Shown piece after piece: positions 51,075-64,000 of a DNA stretch of 64,000 bases. The position numbers and the translations under genes are program-made. Position 1 is the stretch's first letter; each line of letters begins with the position of its first letter. Source of the DNA: Eledone cirrhosa (Eukaryota); the NCBI GenBank assembly GCA_964016885.1, contig OZ024742.1, positions 14,198,001 to 14,262,000 of the forward strand, written 5' to 3'. Below the pieces are notes generated by a model. It did no database searches. It was not told where the DNA came from and saw only the letters and a program-made list of their open reading frames with translations.

Positions 51075-51722
51075 TTCTGCTGCTGTTAGTGATGGTGGTG
51101 ATGATTCTGTGGCTAGTGCTGCTGTTAGTGATGGTGGTGATGATTCTGTGGCTAGTGCTGCTGTTAGTGATGATGGTGATGATTCTGTGGCTAGTGCTGC
51201 TGTTAGTGATGATGGTGATGATTCTGTGGCTAGTGCTGCTGTTAGTGATGATGGTGATGTTTCTGTGGCTAGTGCTGCTGTTAGTGATGATGGTGATGTT
51301 TCTGTGGCTAGTGCTGCTGTTAGTGATGATGGTGATGTTTCTGTGGCTAGTGCTGCTGTTAGTGATGATGGTGATGTTTCTGTGGCTAGTGCTGCTGTTA
51401 GTGATGATGGTGATGATTCTGTGGCTAGTGCTGCTGTTAGTGATGATGGTGATGTTTCTGTGGCTAGTGCTGCTGTTAGTGATGATGGTGATGTTTCTGT
51501 GGCTAGTGCTGCTGTTAGTGATGGTGGTGATGTTTCTGTGGCTAGTGCTGCTGTTAGTGATGATGGTGATGTTTCTGTGGCTAGTGCTGCTGTTAGTGAT
51601 GATGGTGATGATTCTGTGGCTAGTGCTGCTGTTAGTGATGGTGGTGATGTTTCTGTGGCTAGTGCTGCTATTAGTGATGATGGTGATGTTTCTGTGGCTA
51701 GTGCTGCTGTTAGTGATGATGG
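51075..51722 (+). repeat. Second, unrelated 39-bp minisatellite (~16 copies) grading into GT-rich low complexity
   Basis: Unit gctgctgttagtgatgatggtgatgattctgtggctagt. Confidence 0.9.
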
Positions 51723-53089
51723 TGGTGTAGGTGATATTGTTGATTATGCTGCTGGTGGTGTAGGTGATAGTATTGATGGTATAGGTAGCAGTAGTGGTGG
51801 TGGTGGTGTAGGTGGCAGTATTGATGGTGATGGAAGTAGTGGAGGTGGAGTGGGGTGGTGTAGGTGGGTGGGTGGGGTGGTGATGGAGTGTAGGTAGGGG
51901 TGGTGGTGGCAGCAGTAGTGGTGGTGTAGGTAGCAGTATTGATGGTGATAGAAGTAGTGGGGGCGGGGTGTAGGTGGGTGTGGTGGTGATGGTGTAGGTA
52001 GGGGTGTAGTTGGTGGTGATGGTGTAGGTAGGGGTGTAGTTGGTGGTGGTGATGGTGTAGGTAGGAGTGTAGTTGGGGGTGGTGGTAGTGTAGGAGGCAG
52101 TATTGATGGTGATGGAAGTAGTGGTGTGGGTGGGAGTGGTAGTGTTGATGGCGTAGGTGGGGGTGGTGTTAATCTGATGAGTCAGACTTGCTTGCTCAGC
52201 TGTCAGTCTTAACTTTCAACTAAGACTGTGATAGAAGAAGAAAAAGAGAGAGACAAGGAATCGGTTTAGAATTCAACTGTTCATCTCTCAGACTTTCTAA
52301 AATAAGAGAGAAGAAAGATAGATAGATAGATAGATCAAAGAAGAGGAAGATAGATAGATGGAAGAGAAAGAGGAAGATAGCTAGATGGAAGAGGAGAAGG
52401 AGGAAGAGGAGATGGAAGAAGCTGAAGAGCTGATGGCAACGTGTTATTGATAAAATTGACAGGTGTATAAGGAAGCAGTCCGTTCCTCCGTTCTCAGATT
52501 CACAAAGGTTGGAAATATTTTTCAAATTTGTTTGACTCCACAATTTTATTATTGAAATTTTCAGTGGGGCTCTGGAGAAAAAAAAATAAAAGGCAGGAGT
52601 AGAGGTGAAAAATAGGGGATTGCGTGTGTTTCTGTTTTTTTTTTTTTGGGGGGGGGGGGGTCTATAAATTAGGAATTTATAAAAGAGTTGCTTTTATTAT
52701 AACCAGTTTTATTTTTAACTCTATCTGTCTTCCAAATGAACAGCTTCAGAACAGGGTGGAGGGTCCAACCTCTCTCTTCCCCTACACATTCACTAAATAT
52801 TTCCATTTGAGTTCTTTTCAAAACCTGAATACCTTTCTCTCCTCTTCTCATTAGTATTTCTTTTCTTCTTTTTTTGTTTGTTTGTTTCTTTTTGTCTATT
52901 TTTCTTTTTGTTAGCATTTTTTAACTCTTCATTATTCTTCTCCTCGTTAGTATTTTTTCGACTCATTATATTTTTCTTAATCGTTAAACTAACGATTATT
53001 TACTGAATTAATTTCCTTGTTTTCTTCTTTATTTTTATTTTTTAATCATTTTAATCATATTTGAAATTTATTTCATTGGAGAAATATCT

Positions 53090-53850
53090 TAATAAAAGTA
53101 TATATATTTAATAAAGGTATATAATATTTAATTAAAGTATATATGATATTTAATTAAGGTATATATAATATTCTATAAAGGTATATATATATATATATAT
53201 ATATGTTTTATAAAGGTATATATAATATTTTATAAAGGTATATATATATATATATATATATGTCTGTTTTATAAAGGTATATATAATATTTTATAAAGGT
53301 ATATATATATATGTGTTTTATAAAGGTATATATATATGTGTTTTATAAAGGTATATATATATATGTTTTATAAAGGTATGTATATGTTTTATAAAGGTAT
53401 ATATATATATGTTTTATAAAGGTATGTATATGTTTTATAAGGGTATATATATGTGTGTGTTTTATAAGGGTATATATATATATATATGTGTTTTATAAAG
53501 GTATATATATATATGTTTTATAAAGGTATATATAATATTTAATTAAAGTATATATAATATTTTGTAACGGTATATATATTATTTTCTAAATGTATTTATA
53601 CTGTATTAATAAAGGTATATATACTGTTTTAATAAAGGTTTATATAATATTTAATTAAGGTATATATAATGTTTTATAAAGGTTTATATGATATTTTTAT
53701 TAAGGTATATATAATATTCAATCAAGGTATATATACTGTTTTATTAAGGTATATATAATATTCAATCAAGGTATATATACTGTTTTATAAAGGTATATAT
53801 AATATTTTTAAATAGAAGTATATATAGTTGTTCAATAGTGGTATATACTG
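53090..53850 (+). repeat. Degenerate AT-rich tandem repeat (ttttataaaggtatatata...)
   Basis: Recurrent aaaggtatatata core with variable TA runs. Confidence 0.8.
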
Positions 53851-55129
53851 TAAATAATAATAGTTTCAGAAAATTTCTTGAAGAATTTTTAAGGATTTAC
53901 TAAAGTTATTAATTATTCCATTACTAAGATAGTAACTTAATGTAAGGTTCTTATTTAAAATTATGTTGGAAGAGTTTAATTTAAATAGGAATACTTTAAC
54001 CCTTTCATCACCACATTTCTCATGAAATACACTCTATTTCAATTTACTAAAATTATTATATTTTTCATTAAAATGGGGTTCTTCAATATAATTATGCTGG
54101 AAAATTGAATTAAGAACTCTTTAAAATGAGTGATTTTGGTTCATAGAAACAGATTGGTATCAAAAGGGTAACCAATAATTGAACTCAGGCCATCGACTTA
54201 TTTCACTGAAGTTACCATGACAACCTAGTCTCCAAGTATTATAATAATGATTTCTAATATAGACATGATGCCATCAATTTGGGAAAGGGATAATGTCAAA
54301 TACATTGCCACCATTATTTGACTGGTACTTTATTTGGGAGAAGGGATGCAGTTGATTATGTAGACCCTAGTATATGACAGATATTTTATTTGGGAGAAGG
54401 GATAGAGACAATTGCATCAACTCCAGTACTTGACTAGTACATTATTTTATTGACCTCAGAAGGGTGGAAAGCAAAGTTGATCCATGCAGGATTTGAACTT
54501 AGAATGTAAAAGGACATAACTCCATACCCAAAAGTGGTTTCTAATTTATGCACAAGGCCAGTTATTTAGGAGTTGGGAAAGTTGATTGTAATAATAATAG
54601 TAAATCTTCTGTGTTTATCTAGTTTTAACCCTTTAGCATTCACATTACTCTATATATACTATTATATTTTCATGGTAAAGGCTTTACCTCACATAATACC
54701 TCACATAATATCGAATCTATGAGATTTTGAAAGTATTTATTTTGAGAACAATACCTTAACATCAGTTTGAGTGACCAGTTACAGCTGGTTTCAACAGAAA
54801 AAGGTAGAGAATTCTGGCCGGTTTTGGCCGGTTTGAACATTAGAGGGTTAGAATAGGTACACTATATCCCTGTGTATATCGACCCAGTAAGGATGAAAGG
54901 CAAAGCTAACCTCTGCAGGATTTGAACTCATAACGTAAAGAGCTGTAACTCTATGCTGTCCGACACTCTACTGATTACTACCAATCCACTGCCTCATAAT
55001 AAATAATAGTGATAACAATAGAAAACTGTAATAAATGTCAGCTAGGTACAGTTCCCTAATAGAGCAGTTATAGAGGAAACCCCAGATTACTCTATCGTTG
55101 CATAAACATTGAAACTTCCCTCCCCCATT

Positions 55130-55530
55130 TTCTTTCTTCCTTCTTCTTCACCCACTTATTCCGGAAAGGGTCGTGGGGGCAGAGTCTTCAAACACACCTC
55201 CCAGCAGGGTCTTGTCAGAGGCATTCATCTCCAACTGATCCGGCTAGATCCCCAAGCAAGACCAGCTAAGCTCATGGATGTTATCCAACTACCTTGCTCG
55301 GGGTCTACCCCTAGGTCTCGTGCCAGTTGGTTTTGCCTGTAAAATCTGGCCACCGATTCTTTCCTGAGACATTCTAACCACATGTCCATAGTATTTGAGA
55401 TGTGATCTCTCAATTCAGAGAGCTATGCACTTTATCGAGTAACATTTCTCCAAAGACCCTTCAGAGGACCCACATTCTAACCACATGCCCATAATATCGG
55501 AGCTGTGATCTCTCAATTAAAACATCATAT
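55130..55530 (-). mobile_element. Expander/Rex3-like RTE 3' fragment with a local duplication
   Basis: Minus-strand ERSQLRYYGHVVRM (present twice) and RPRGRPRAR.LDNIHELSWS...LPPRPFPE. Confidence 0.65.
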
Positions 55531-56284
55531 TGAGAGTTGCTCTGTTCAGTTCTAACAACAATAATCTATAAACCATTTCTGCTGTATATTTATAGCATTC
55601 TCTCTTTCATCATTATTATGATTAATATATCATAATTGATTGGGTTATCATTTGGTAGGTATATTGTTTCGTGGTGTTACACTCCTCCCCACATAACTCA
55701 CCTGTTGTTAGAACTATCCCCCAACTGATGCAGCATAATAATAATTGTTTCTACTTTTGGCACAAGGCCAGCAATTACCCAGTGTATTACTGGTACTTTA
55801 TTTTATCGACCCCGTAAGGATGAAAGGCAAAGTCAACCTCGGTGGGATTTGAATTGAGTAAAGCAAGGGCCGTAACTCTATACGTCAAAGCATGGCGTCC
55901 AACCCTCTACCGATACTGCCAATCCACCGCAGCATAATAATAATAATGGTTTCTGGCACAAGGCCAGCAATTCTGGGAGAGGGGGAAAGTTGATTAAATC
56001 AACCCCGTAAGGGTGAAAGGCAAAGGTAACCTCGGTGGGATTTGAATTGAGAAACATTGATATTCATAACTAAATACTGCAAAGCATTTTGTCTGATGCT
56101 CTACCGATTCTGCCATTCCACCAGCCTACAATAATAATATTTAACAGGGTCACATGATGTATTTGCAAAGAAAAATTAATTGTTTCTACTTTTAGCACAA
56201 GGCCAGCAATTACCAGTGTATTACTGGTACTTTATTTTATCAACCCCGTAAGGACGAAAGGCAAAGTTAGAAAAATTAATGTTA

Positions 56285-56442
56285 TGCAAACAGAGCCAGA
56301 AAAAACACCAGATTGGTTCACTAAGGGGAAAAATACCACCCTGATCCCTAATAATAATGACACAACAAATCCCTAAAACAACAGGCCCATAACATGCCTT
56401 CCTATTACATACAAAGCTTTAACTGCAATAGTATCACAGAAA
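56285..56442 (+). mobile_element. R4/Dong-like non-LTR RT fragment
   Basis: PDWFTKG..TLIP......P*NNRPITCLPITYKALTAIVS. Confidence 0.6.
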
Positions 56443-56542
56443 TGAGCATGATGGGGTTGCTTCGATCTGTTTTTAGACCATGACAACCCATCTTTGCTAT
56501 ACTAGTGTGAAAAGTGGACATATGATGATAAATGCTTTAAAA

Positions 56543-56864
56543 CAGTGGTCACCAACAGTGGTCCAAGAGTAAATTTTGGTGGTCTGCAGAAAAATTTAAT
56601 CATTATTTGCAATTTTTATGTTTTATTAATAATAAAACAAAAATAATATTTGGTTAAAATATATTTTATAAAACCCCTAAAAAGTGTTTCTCCTATCAAC
56701 AATATGGCACATGTACACTTCAGTATTGATAAATAAAATGGAAGTTCTTTGATCATTATTTTACAAATGTATTTATCTTTTTAAAAAAATTCATATTAGT
56801 GGTCCACGGATTTAAAATCATGAATTTAGACAGTCTGTGGGGTCTGCAAGGTTGGCGACCACTG
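56543..56864. mobile_element. hAT MITE
   Basis: TIRs cagtggtcaccaac/gttggcgaccactg. 8-bp TSD ctttaaaa on both sides. Confidence 0.9.
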
Positions 56865-57013
56865 CTTTAAAATGTAGAGCTTAGTATCGTAGAACTAGGA
56901 GCAGTTTGGTATGACACCTATTTTTGTATTTCATTACTAAGAATATAATATTGTTTATTGTTGTTGTTGTAACCCTTGTAGATTTCTGATAAAAAATTGT
57001 TTTCTATTTTCAG

Positions 57014-59515
57014 AGAAAGCATCTGCCCTGGTGCCAAGTTGTGAGAAGAATCTGAACTATGATGAATATTTACCAACTCAGCAGGACAGTCGTTGGGAAT
57101 TGTACAGTAAAGGTTTTGGTTCTGTCAACAGTTCTCACCAGCTAGTTGACCAGTCTGCACCCTCAGGCCCGACCAACGTTACCTATAATATGCCTTATGA
57201 AGCTGACCATAAATTTGACATTGCAGAAGCTAATTTTTCTGTCTTTCAAAAAGAATGCAACCGTCAGATGCCAGCTTCTGTTGTGTCTGTTCATAATGCA
57301 CAGGAACTCAATTTTCAGAATTGTTTAAATGTTAATATTACTTCATCTTCATTAGAATTACCTGCTGCTTTAGGTCATGAGAAATTTGAAGATGGAAGTG
57401 AAATTAAGGAGAAAGCTAGTCTACAATTAGAAGATAAAAGACCGTATCAAGAAACTCAGTCCCCTCAACATACAACACCTCTCGATGAATTAATAATGAA
57501 GTCACAGGTATTTATACCACGCTGTGTGAATTTAAATTCAGAAAAAAATGTGGAACAGGAACAGTCATTTAATCAATCCAAATTAAGTAAAAAATCTTTG
57601 GATAATGATTTAGATGTGAAGAATGATATGTCTGTGGAGGAGGAAGACTCTGTTGAGTGTGTTGCTATTTGTGATAAACAATGTATAGAGAATGCTTCTG
57701 TAGCAAGCAGCAAAACAGATGAAAATACTGTTAAAGATGATGGGGAATCCATTGGTAGCACTGTATGGGCTGCAGTAGACAGTCATGTAATATCTAATTC
57801 TCAGGAAGAACCAATGTGTGAAAATAATGATATTGTGATAAAAACTGTTGAGGATATGTCTGCAGTCTGTTTGAACAGTTTATCTGAGTCGATGGAGAAG
57901 AGTGAGGATACTCTACCTGGTATGGAGATAACTGCACCAAATGCCTTGCCTAGTCAACATTTAGATGATAAACCAATGCAGGATCCATCTTCTGCTCTCC
58001 ACACAAATAACTGTGACAACTTGGTGCCATCAACTATTGGCAGCAGTGACACAGACTTCCAGGAGGTCGTTGGTTTTGATTCTATTGAAGATGAAGATAT
58101 GGGGGAATACCTTGACAAATGCTGTGCAAGTGAAGCCGCCTCTTTGTCTGCTAATCCATCTGAAGTATTAATACAAGCTGAATGTCATATTCATTCTGAA
58201 ATATCTGGCTCTCCTATGGAGTTACCTGATGTAATTGGTAATGGTGACCTCACTAATGAGTCTGTAATATCACAAAACATGGATAAACCTATGGATTTAT
58301 CAAGTGATACTGCTGCTCATATAACAAATGACAAGTGGAATTCTGTAGAAAATTCTAAAAGTAATTCTGATTTTCAGTCAGAGAAATATGAAGATGATGC
58401 TATGTGTGTTGGTGATACAGACTTGGCAAATAGTTCTGGTGAAAATGGATTTCCATCTCCAGCATATGTTAGTTCAAAAAGTTGTGAATCTATTGAAAAT
58501 GGTTTTCCAAGCCCCCCTGTAGAAAATGGTCTAAATTCATCATCTGAATTCCATCAATCTTCTACACCCAGTGCTCGACCTAAAGAACCAGTTTTACCAA
58601 AGTTAGCTCGACCCAACAGTCTTTTGGGTTTATCTAAGGTGTGTTTGGACACTCCATTTGTTGCTGCGATTACAGTTACACACACTTCAAGTCCTGTTAT
58701 TGATGAAGGTAAATGTCAAGATTCTACATCAAATGGTTTACCTGATGTAACGTCAGGGACACCAGAGACGTCAGCAACAGCAGAGTCAACTGTAGTAACA
58801 GCAGAGTCAACAGTAACGGCAGAGTCAACAGTAACATCAGCAACAACAGAAACATCAAGGACAGATGTAACAACAGATGTAAGATCACAGACAGATCTAG
58901 CAACAGATGTAACAACAGACACAATGAACAAGAAGTCAGTAACTCAACAACTATTAAGTCCACTTCAACAAAAGTTGAACAGTATGGATATTAAACAATG
59001 CCTTGAAAATGATAGGGAATTCGAAAGCAATCGTAACTCTCCTCAGCATAACTGTGATGTCCATTTATTGCCTTGTGTCACTCCACAAAAATGTCAAGAA
59101 AATATCAGTTCTGTGGAAGAGACTAGTGTCATTGAAGAAGACGATAAACAAGTTGATTTCAACAACCGGTTGCTTGTTTCTGTTGATTCTGTACACGTAT
59201 CTTCTACAGAATGTCAGTCTCCAGTATCAGATACAGCCCTATCACCACCATCAACTACAGTGTTGTCTGGCTCTGGAACTACACGACCCCATTCTTGGAG
59301 CCCCTCAAGTGCTGCTTCTGTTACGGCTTCATCTCTGCTGAAATTAAAGCGGCCCACCAGTCTAAACTTACCACAGCGTAGTAGAGAAGTTACTGCTCAG
59401 AATGACTGGTCTGGTGGAATGGCAACACAACCATTTGTTGGTGACTCTCAGAATTCTAATGCTGCCTGGTGGAATAACAGTACAATACAGCCAATATCAG
59501 AAGAAAATGAAACAG
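57014..59515 (+). CDS. ZFYVE9: SARA/endofin large internal exon (acidic, Ser/Thr-rich disordered region)
   Basis: Acceptor tttctattttcag at 57013. Phase 1 joins exon 1 in frame (..EDE-E-KASALVPSC). 2502 nt without a stop. Donor ACAG|gtaac at 59516, phase 1. Confidence 0.88.
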
Positions 59516-59946
59516 GTAACACTATTAATCTATCTATTCTATATTTCATTTGTAGTATTAAGCCGGCCATATCCAGCCAGAATTCTCTCACCTCTTTCTG
59601 TTCAAACTGGCTGTAACTAGCCACTCCTACTTATGTTAAGGTAGTGTTCTCAAAATAAATGAATACAAAATCTCATAAATTCGATATTATGTGAGATAAA
59701 GCCTTTACCATGAAAATATTATAGTAAATGTTAAAGGCTCTTCACTATAAATCTATCTACTCTGTTTCACTTGTAGTATTAATGCCATTCTTCCCCACCT
59801 TTTTCTATTAAGAAACTTGCTGCTCACTTTGGTTAGTTTAAATTGAAACAAATTGTTTTGCTATGTTCCTGTTTAATGGCTATTGTCCAAGTCTAAACTG
59901 ACAACTGGATAAGAATTGTGTTTAATTTGTTAAATATATGATTATA

Positions 59947-60140
59947 CGAGGATTGGCTAAAAAGTTCATAAACTGACCAAGATACTTTCATGGAATGACC
60001 AAATGAGGTTTATTTAACATAGTTCCTGGAAAAAACAATGAAGTTATTAATAAGAAGAGTTGAAATTAATGCAGGCAAGATTTCACAGCTCTAGCATCAC
60101 TCCTTCATAGTCAGCCTATGAACTTTTCAGCAGACCCTCG
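59947..60140. mobile_element. mariner-type MITE
   Basis: TA|cgaggattggctaaaaagttcata ... tatgaacttttcagcagaccctcg|TA. Confidence 0.82.
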
Positions 60141-60361
60141 TAGTATATGCAGTATAATATAGTATATGCAGTTTAGTATGCTATATGCAGTATAGTATAC
60201 TATGTCATATAATTATAAAATAAATCTTTGAAATGTATTTAGAAAGAAGGTTGGGGTGGTAAACAGCAGAGAAAACTTTTTGAATGAAAATCTCAGAAAA
60301 CTGACTTTTTTAAAAAAGTCAGTTTTCTTTTTTCTTAATTTCGTTTTATAGTTTAACTTAA

Positions 60362-60569
60362 CCCTTTAGCATTTAAACCGGCCATATCTGGCCAGGATTC
60401 TCTCACCTCTTTCTGTTCAAACTGGCCATGACCGGCTGCTTATACTTATGTTAAGGTATTGTTCTAAAAATAAATAATATCAAAATCTCATAGATTCAAT
60501 ATTATGTGAGGTAAAGCCTTCACTGTGAAAATACAATAGTAAATATAGAGTAATGTAAATGTTAAAGGG
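60362..60569. mobile_element. piggyBac-like MITE
   Basis: TTAA|ccctttagcattt ... aaatgttaaaggg|TTAA. Related copies at 54625-54851, 59553-59738 and 14953-15141. Confidence 0.85.
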
Positions 60570-60718
60570 TTAAGGAGAAGGGCTGGTTCTTATGACATTC
60601 TTTCAGAGCCTCTGTGACTGGGTGGTGTCAGAAATAGGTTGTTCTTAGATCACGGATCTAATTTGACTATCTATGTAAACATGCCAGAAAATAGGAATTT
60701 CCCTGTAAATTGATAAAC

Positions 60719-60763
60719 ACCATTAATAGATTTTCAGACCTAATTGGGCCCTCGTCAGAAGGC
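60719..60763 (-). ncRNA. Minimal hammerhead ribozyme motif, slightly degenerate
   Basis: GCCUU-CUGACGA-GGGCC-caauua-GGUCU-GAAA-AUCUAUUA-AUGGU. Confidence 0.6.
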
Positions 60764-61354
60764 CTGTATATCATCCAATCAACCACAAGGAAACATATAT
60801 TTCATGGGTCTGTATACCCATTACATCTTAGTGTTATTCCGAAATGGACATACTACTTTGTTGATAATTAGCTCTGTGTTGGTAATTAAGATGTAGGGTA
60901 AGAAGTGAGAGAGAGGTGTGTCAGATGAGAGAGGGATGTCAGGTGAGAGAGAGGTGTGTAGAGTGTGAGAGAGATGTGGTGTCAGGGTGAGAGAGAGGTA
61001 TGTCAGGTGAGAGAGTGGTGTGTAACAGGTGGGCCCTAACTTGAAATGTTATGTAACACTAATTAATATTTCTTCTATAAATAGATTCCTGTGTAATTGT
61101 GTTATTATTACCTGAGGAGAAAACAATGAAATAGGTTGACAGAATATAGGCGAAACTTCTCTACTTTTAGAAATAAATATATTTTTTTTAAATAGGGGAA
61201 TCCATTTCCATTGTTAATTCTTGTTAAGCTTGACAGAATATCAATGGAAAACAACAGCTACATTTATTATATATATAGTAACCTAATACTTGTTTTTTGA
61301 GTAGAAAGAAATAGCTTTAGCTTTAGTGTACTATAAAAAAGAAAAGCAAAAAAA

Positions 61355-61407
<53 letters not shown>

Positions 61408-61787
61408 TGTATAATACATACATGATTTTAATGAACAAGAACAAAAAATGTTTTTGGCCATTTGCCAGTCTAGTTGAGCAATGTCAATTTAGGTGGTTTG
61501 TGTTTCCACCACTGGCTTCATTCCATATTTACTCTATATTATGGTGGCAACTATTTTTACTGTGGGAGGGGCTAGGGTGAGGAGGGACACTCCTCTCTCA
61601 GCCTCCACCTCTGTTATTGTTGGCATGGTTACTGGCTAGAAAGTGAGGTTTGTTGTTTAAATTTTCTGTGATGCTGTGTTATAAATGTGTTAACGAAGAT
61701 GAAACTGATTATTTTGTGAGAGAAAATCTCCCTGTAGTTGAAACAAATGACAATCTTACCCCCCACCCACCCACCCCTCTATATATA

Positions 61788-61837
<50 letters not shown>

Positions 61838-62004
61838 CTATTGATGCTGCTGAAATTAGTGGGATTTTCCTGACTTTCTATGATTACATAATTTTTTAAG
61901 GTTTCCCCCTTCAAAAAATTGTTTTTTGTTTGTCTTGTCTTCTCTTTGTTTTTCTTAAGTTTACTATATATATATATATATATATGCATACACACACACA
62001 CATA

Positions 62005-62040
<36 letters not shown>

Positions 62041-62436
62041 GTAGATAAGAAAACCCAAGGTATAAAGCAACTCATGTTCATAGGGTGAGTTTGAATATAA
62101 TTATTAAAGCCAGTTGCTACAATGGCACCACAATAAAATGCTGGAAGGTGAAAGTGTTGGCATCACGATACAACATACCCAGTCAACCATGTCAGGTGGC
62201 AGTGATACAATGAGAAAATAAAACCCAGTATATGCCAGGAAGTGGTTGGTGTTAGAAAGGAAGGGCATCCAGTCATTAGAAACCATATTAAAATGGAATA
62301 TATAAGCAAAACACAGTCATCTGACCTGTCTGTCTAACTTCAGAGCAGTACAACCTTTCTAACCCATGGAAGTGTGGAAAATAGGTGTAAAATGATGATT
62401 AGGATGATGGTGATTATATATATATATATATATATA

Positions 62437-63335
62437 TCATCATCATCATCATTTTACGTTTGCTTTTCCCTGCTTGCAAAGGTGCGACGGGTCCTATTCA
62501 GTACAGCATCTCTCCACCCGTCACGGTCCTTCGTCATCTCCTCCGTGAGTTTCAGCGATCTGAGGTCTGCTCTCACCACCTCCACCCATGTTTTTCATGG
62601 TCTACCTCTACTGCGTCTTCCTTCTATGGGATTTCTTGGCACTTCTTTACCCAGCGGTCATCCTCCATGTGCATCACATGTCCATACCATCTCAGTCTTC
62701 TCTCCTGCACACCACAGCTTATCCCTCTTATACCCAGTTTCTTTCTCAACTCGTCTATGCTTGGTCGTTCATGCACATTGACATTGCACATCCAACAGAG
62801 CATGCTTGCTTCATTTCTCTCCAGCCGTCACATATCCTCTGCAGTTGCTTCCCATGTCTCACTACCATGCAGCATTGCACATCTCACACAGGCATCATAT
62901 AACCGTCCTTTCGTACACAAGGAGAAACCCTTCTTTGTCGACAGAGGAAGCAGCTCCCTAAACTTCTTCCAACCCGTCCTTATTCTAGATACTATGGCCT
63001 TGGAACACCCCCTCCCATGCTAATCTGATCACCTAGGTACTGGAAGCTATCAACCACTTCTATAGAACCCATCTGCATTGGAAAAATGAGTCTATCACAG
63101 CGATTACTACTGCCAACTTTCCCTGTACATCCACTGCATACATAGTTTTCCCTACCTGTTAGTTTGCCTGTTATCCCACTACATATCATGTGTACCCAAC
63201 ATCTGCATTGCGTACATTTTATGGAATTTATGCCAGTTCCTTTCCTACATATTGAACATGGCCATTTCCCTGATGGAATCAGAGTATTGTCCTCTTTTCT
63301 ACTTATCAACACTTTTGTCTTAGCTATTTTTAAAA
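62437..63335 (-). mobile_element. 3' fragment of a third RTE family (PHD-like finger + C-terminus, short 3' UTR)
   Basis: KTKVLISR..GKWPCSICRKG..CTQCRCWVH..C, frameshifted. (GAT)n tail abuts (TA)n at 62416-62436. Confidence 0.88.
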
Positions 63336-63787
63336 TTAACAAAAATCGTTGGTATTAATTCAACGGTCTCTGGCCAGCATCTAGCTCATTCAATGAATTT
63401 GCTGAATTACAGTAATGGAGTTGCAATATGTGTGTGTGTGTCTGTGTGTATGGTTATATTGGGGTTTACCAATATAGATCCTGGTAAAGATGCCTTTAAA
63501 TGTACTTGTAATTTGCAATATATTAATTGATATGGTATGGAGTTATCTCTTGTATGTATTACTCTTGAAACTTATAACAATATATAAATTCCTGAAGATA
63601 TGTCGAGCAATGGACTGATACTTTGTATATATCGTGGTATGTCCCACTGTTATACATTGAAACATGCTTTAATTAAAATAATGTTTTAAGTATAATTTGG
63701 TTATTCTCTCTCCATTTATATATATATATATATATATATTGATTGATTGATTGTTTACAATATTTTGAATTGGTTTTCTAACTTTAG

Positions 63788-64000
63788 GTGTGGAGGCTAC
63801 TTCCCAGGACTTGACATCTTCGCCCACCACCTCACAGTCAAGTGCTAGCTGTGATGGTGTTGAGAACATTGAGGAAGGACGCGGAAACCATGACCACGCT
63901 GAACAGACTCATTTAAAACAACAACAACCAGACCAGGAGCAATTACCTGTTGATAAAATATCTCATTGCCAAATTGGTTCTGTTGCACCTGTATGGGTAC
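63788..64000 (+). CDS. ZFYVE9: SARA/endofin exon leading into the FYVE domain (partial, runs off window)
   Basis: Acceptor ttttctaactttag at 63787, phase 1. Open frame GVEATSQD...CQIGSVAPVWV(P) matches the G.VAPVWVPD start of the SARA/endofin FYVE domain. Not in the supplied ORF track. Confidence 0.9.

Noticed and set aside
50935-51897. 320-aa and 260-aa Asp/Ala or Leu/Met/Val ORFs
   Set aside because: Overlapping frames of a 39-bp repeat and GT-rich low complexity.
59516-59616. C-terminal extension of the 861-aa ORF
   Set aside because: Lies past a good GT donor and runs into a MITE remnant. The spliced frame continues at 63788.
63585-63635. Hammerhead at ctgaaga...gatac
   Set aside because: GAAA box absent, helix II weak and no convincing helix I.

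Overview
AT-rich, repeat-dense animal genomic DNA. The SINE/LINE repertoire suggests a coleoid cephalopod such as an octopus (inference). The only host gene is a + strand SARA/endofin (ZFYVE9/ZFYVE16-type) gene with three phase-compatible coding exons: 25995-26046, 57014-59515 and 63788->64000, the last running into the start of the FYVE domain. Its 31-kb first coding intron and the 26 kb upstream are filled with mobile DNA: RTE-clade LINEs (one intact 1039-aa APE-RT ORF with an embedded PHD-like finger, plus degenerate, truncated and inverted copies), tRNA-derived SINEs sharing LINE 3' modules, a scrambled Penelope-like element, a Charlie-type hAT relic, several MITEs with TSDs, a foldback element, a Helitron-like element carrying a nested satellite, and many minisatellites whose long ORFs are artefacts. 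The most notable unannotated signals are four minimal hammerhead-ribozyme motifs (one sense to the host pre-mRNA, inside the loop of a ~340-bp LINE-derived inverted repeat), a Penelope ORF whose deleted core sits inverted beside it, apparent (TA)n targeting by the RTE machinery, and a JIP1-like JNK-docking motif in SARA. All calls were made by eye, with no database searches.
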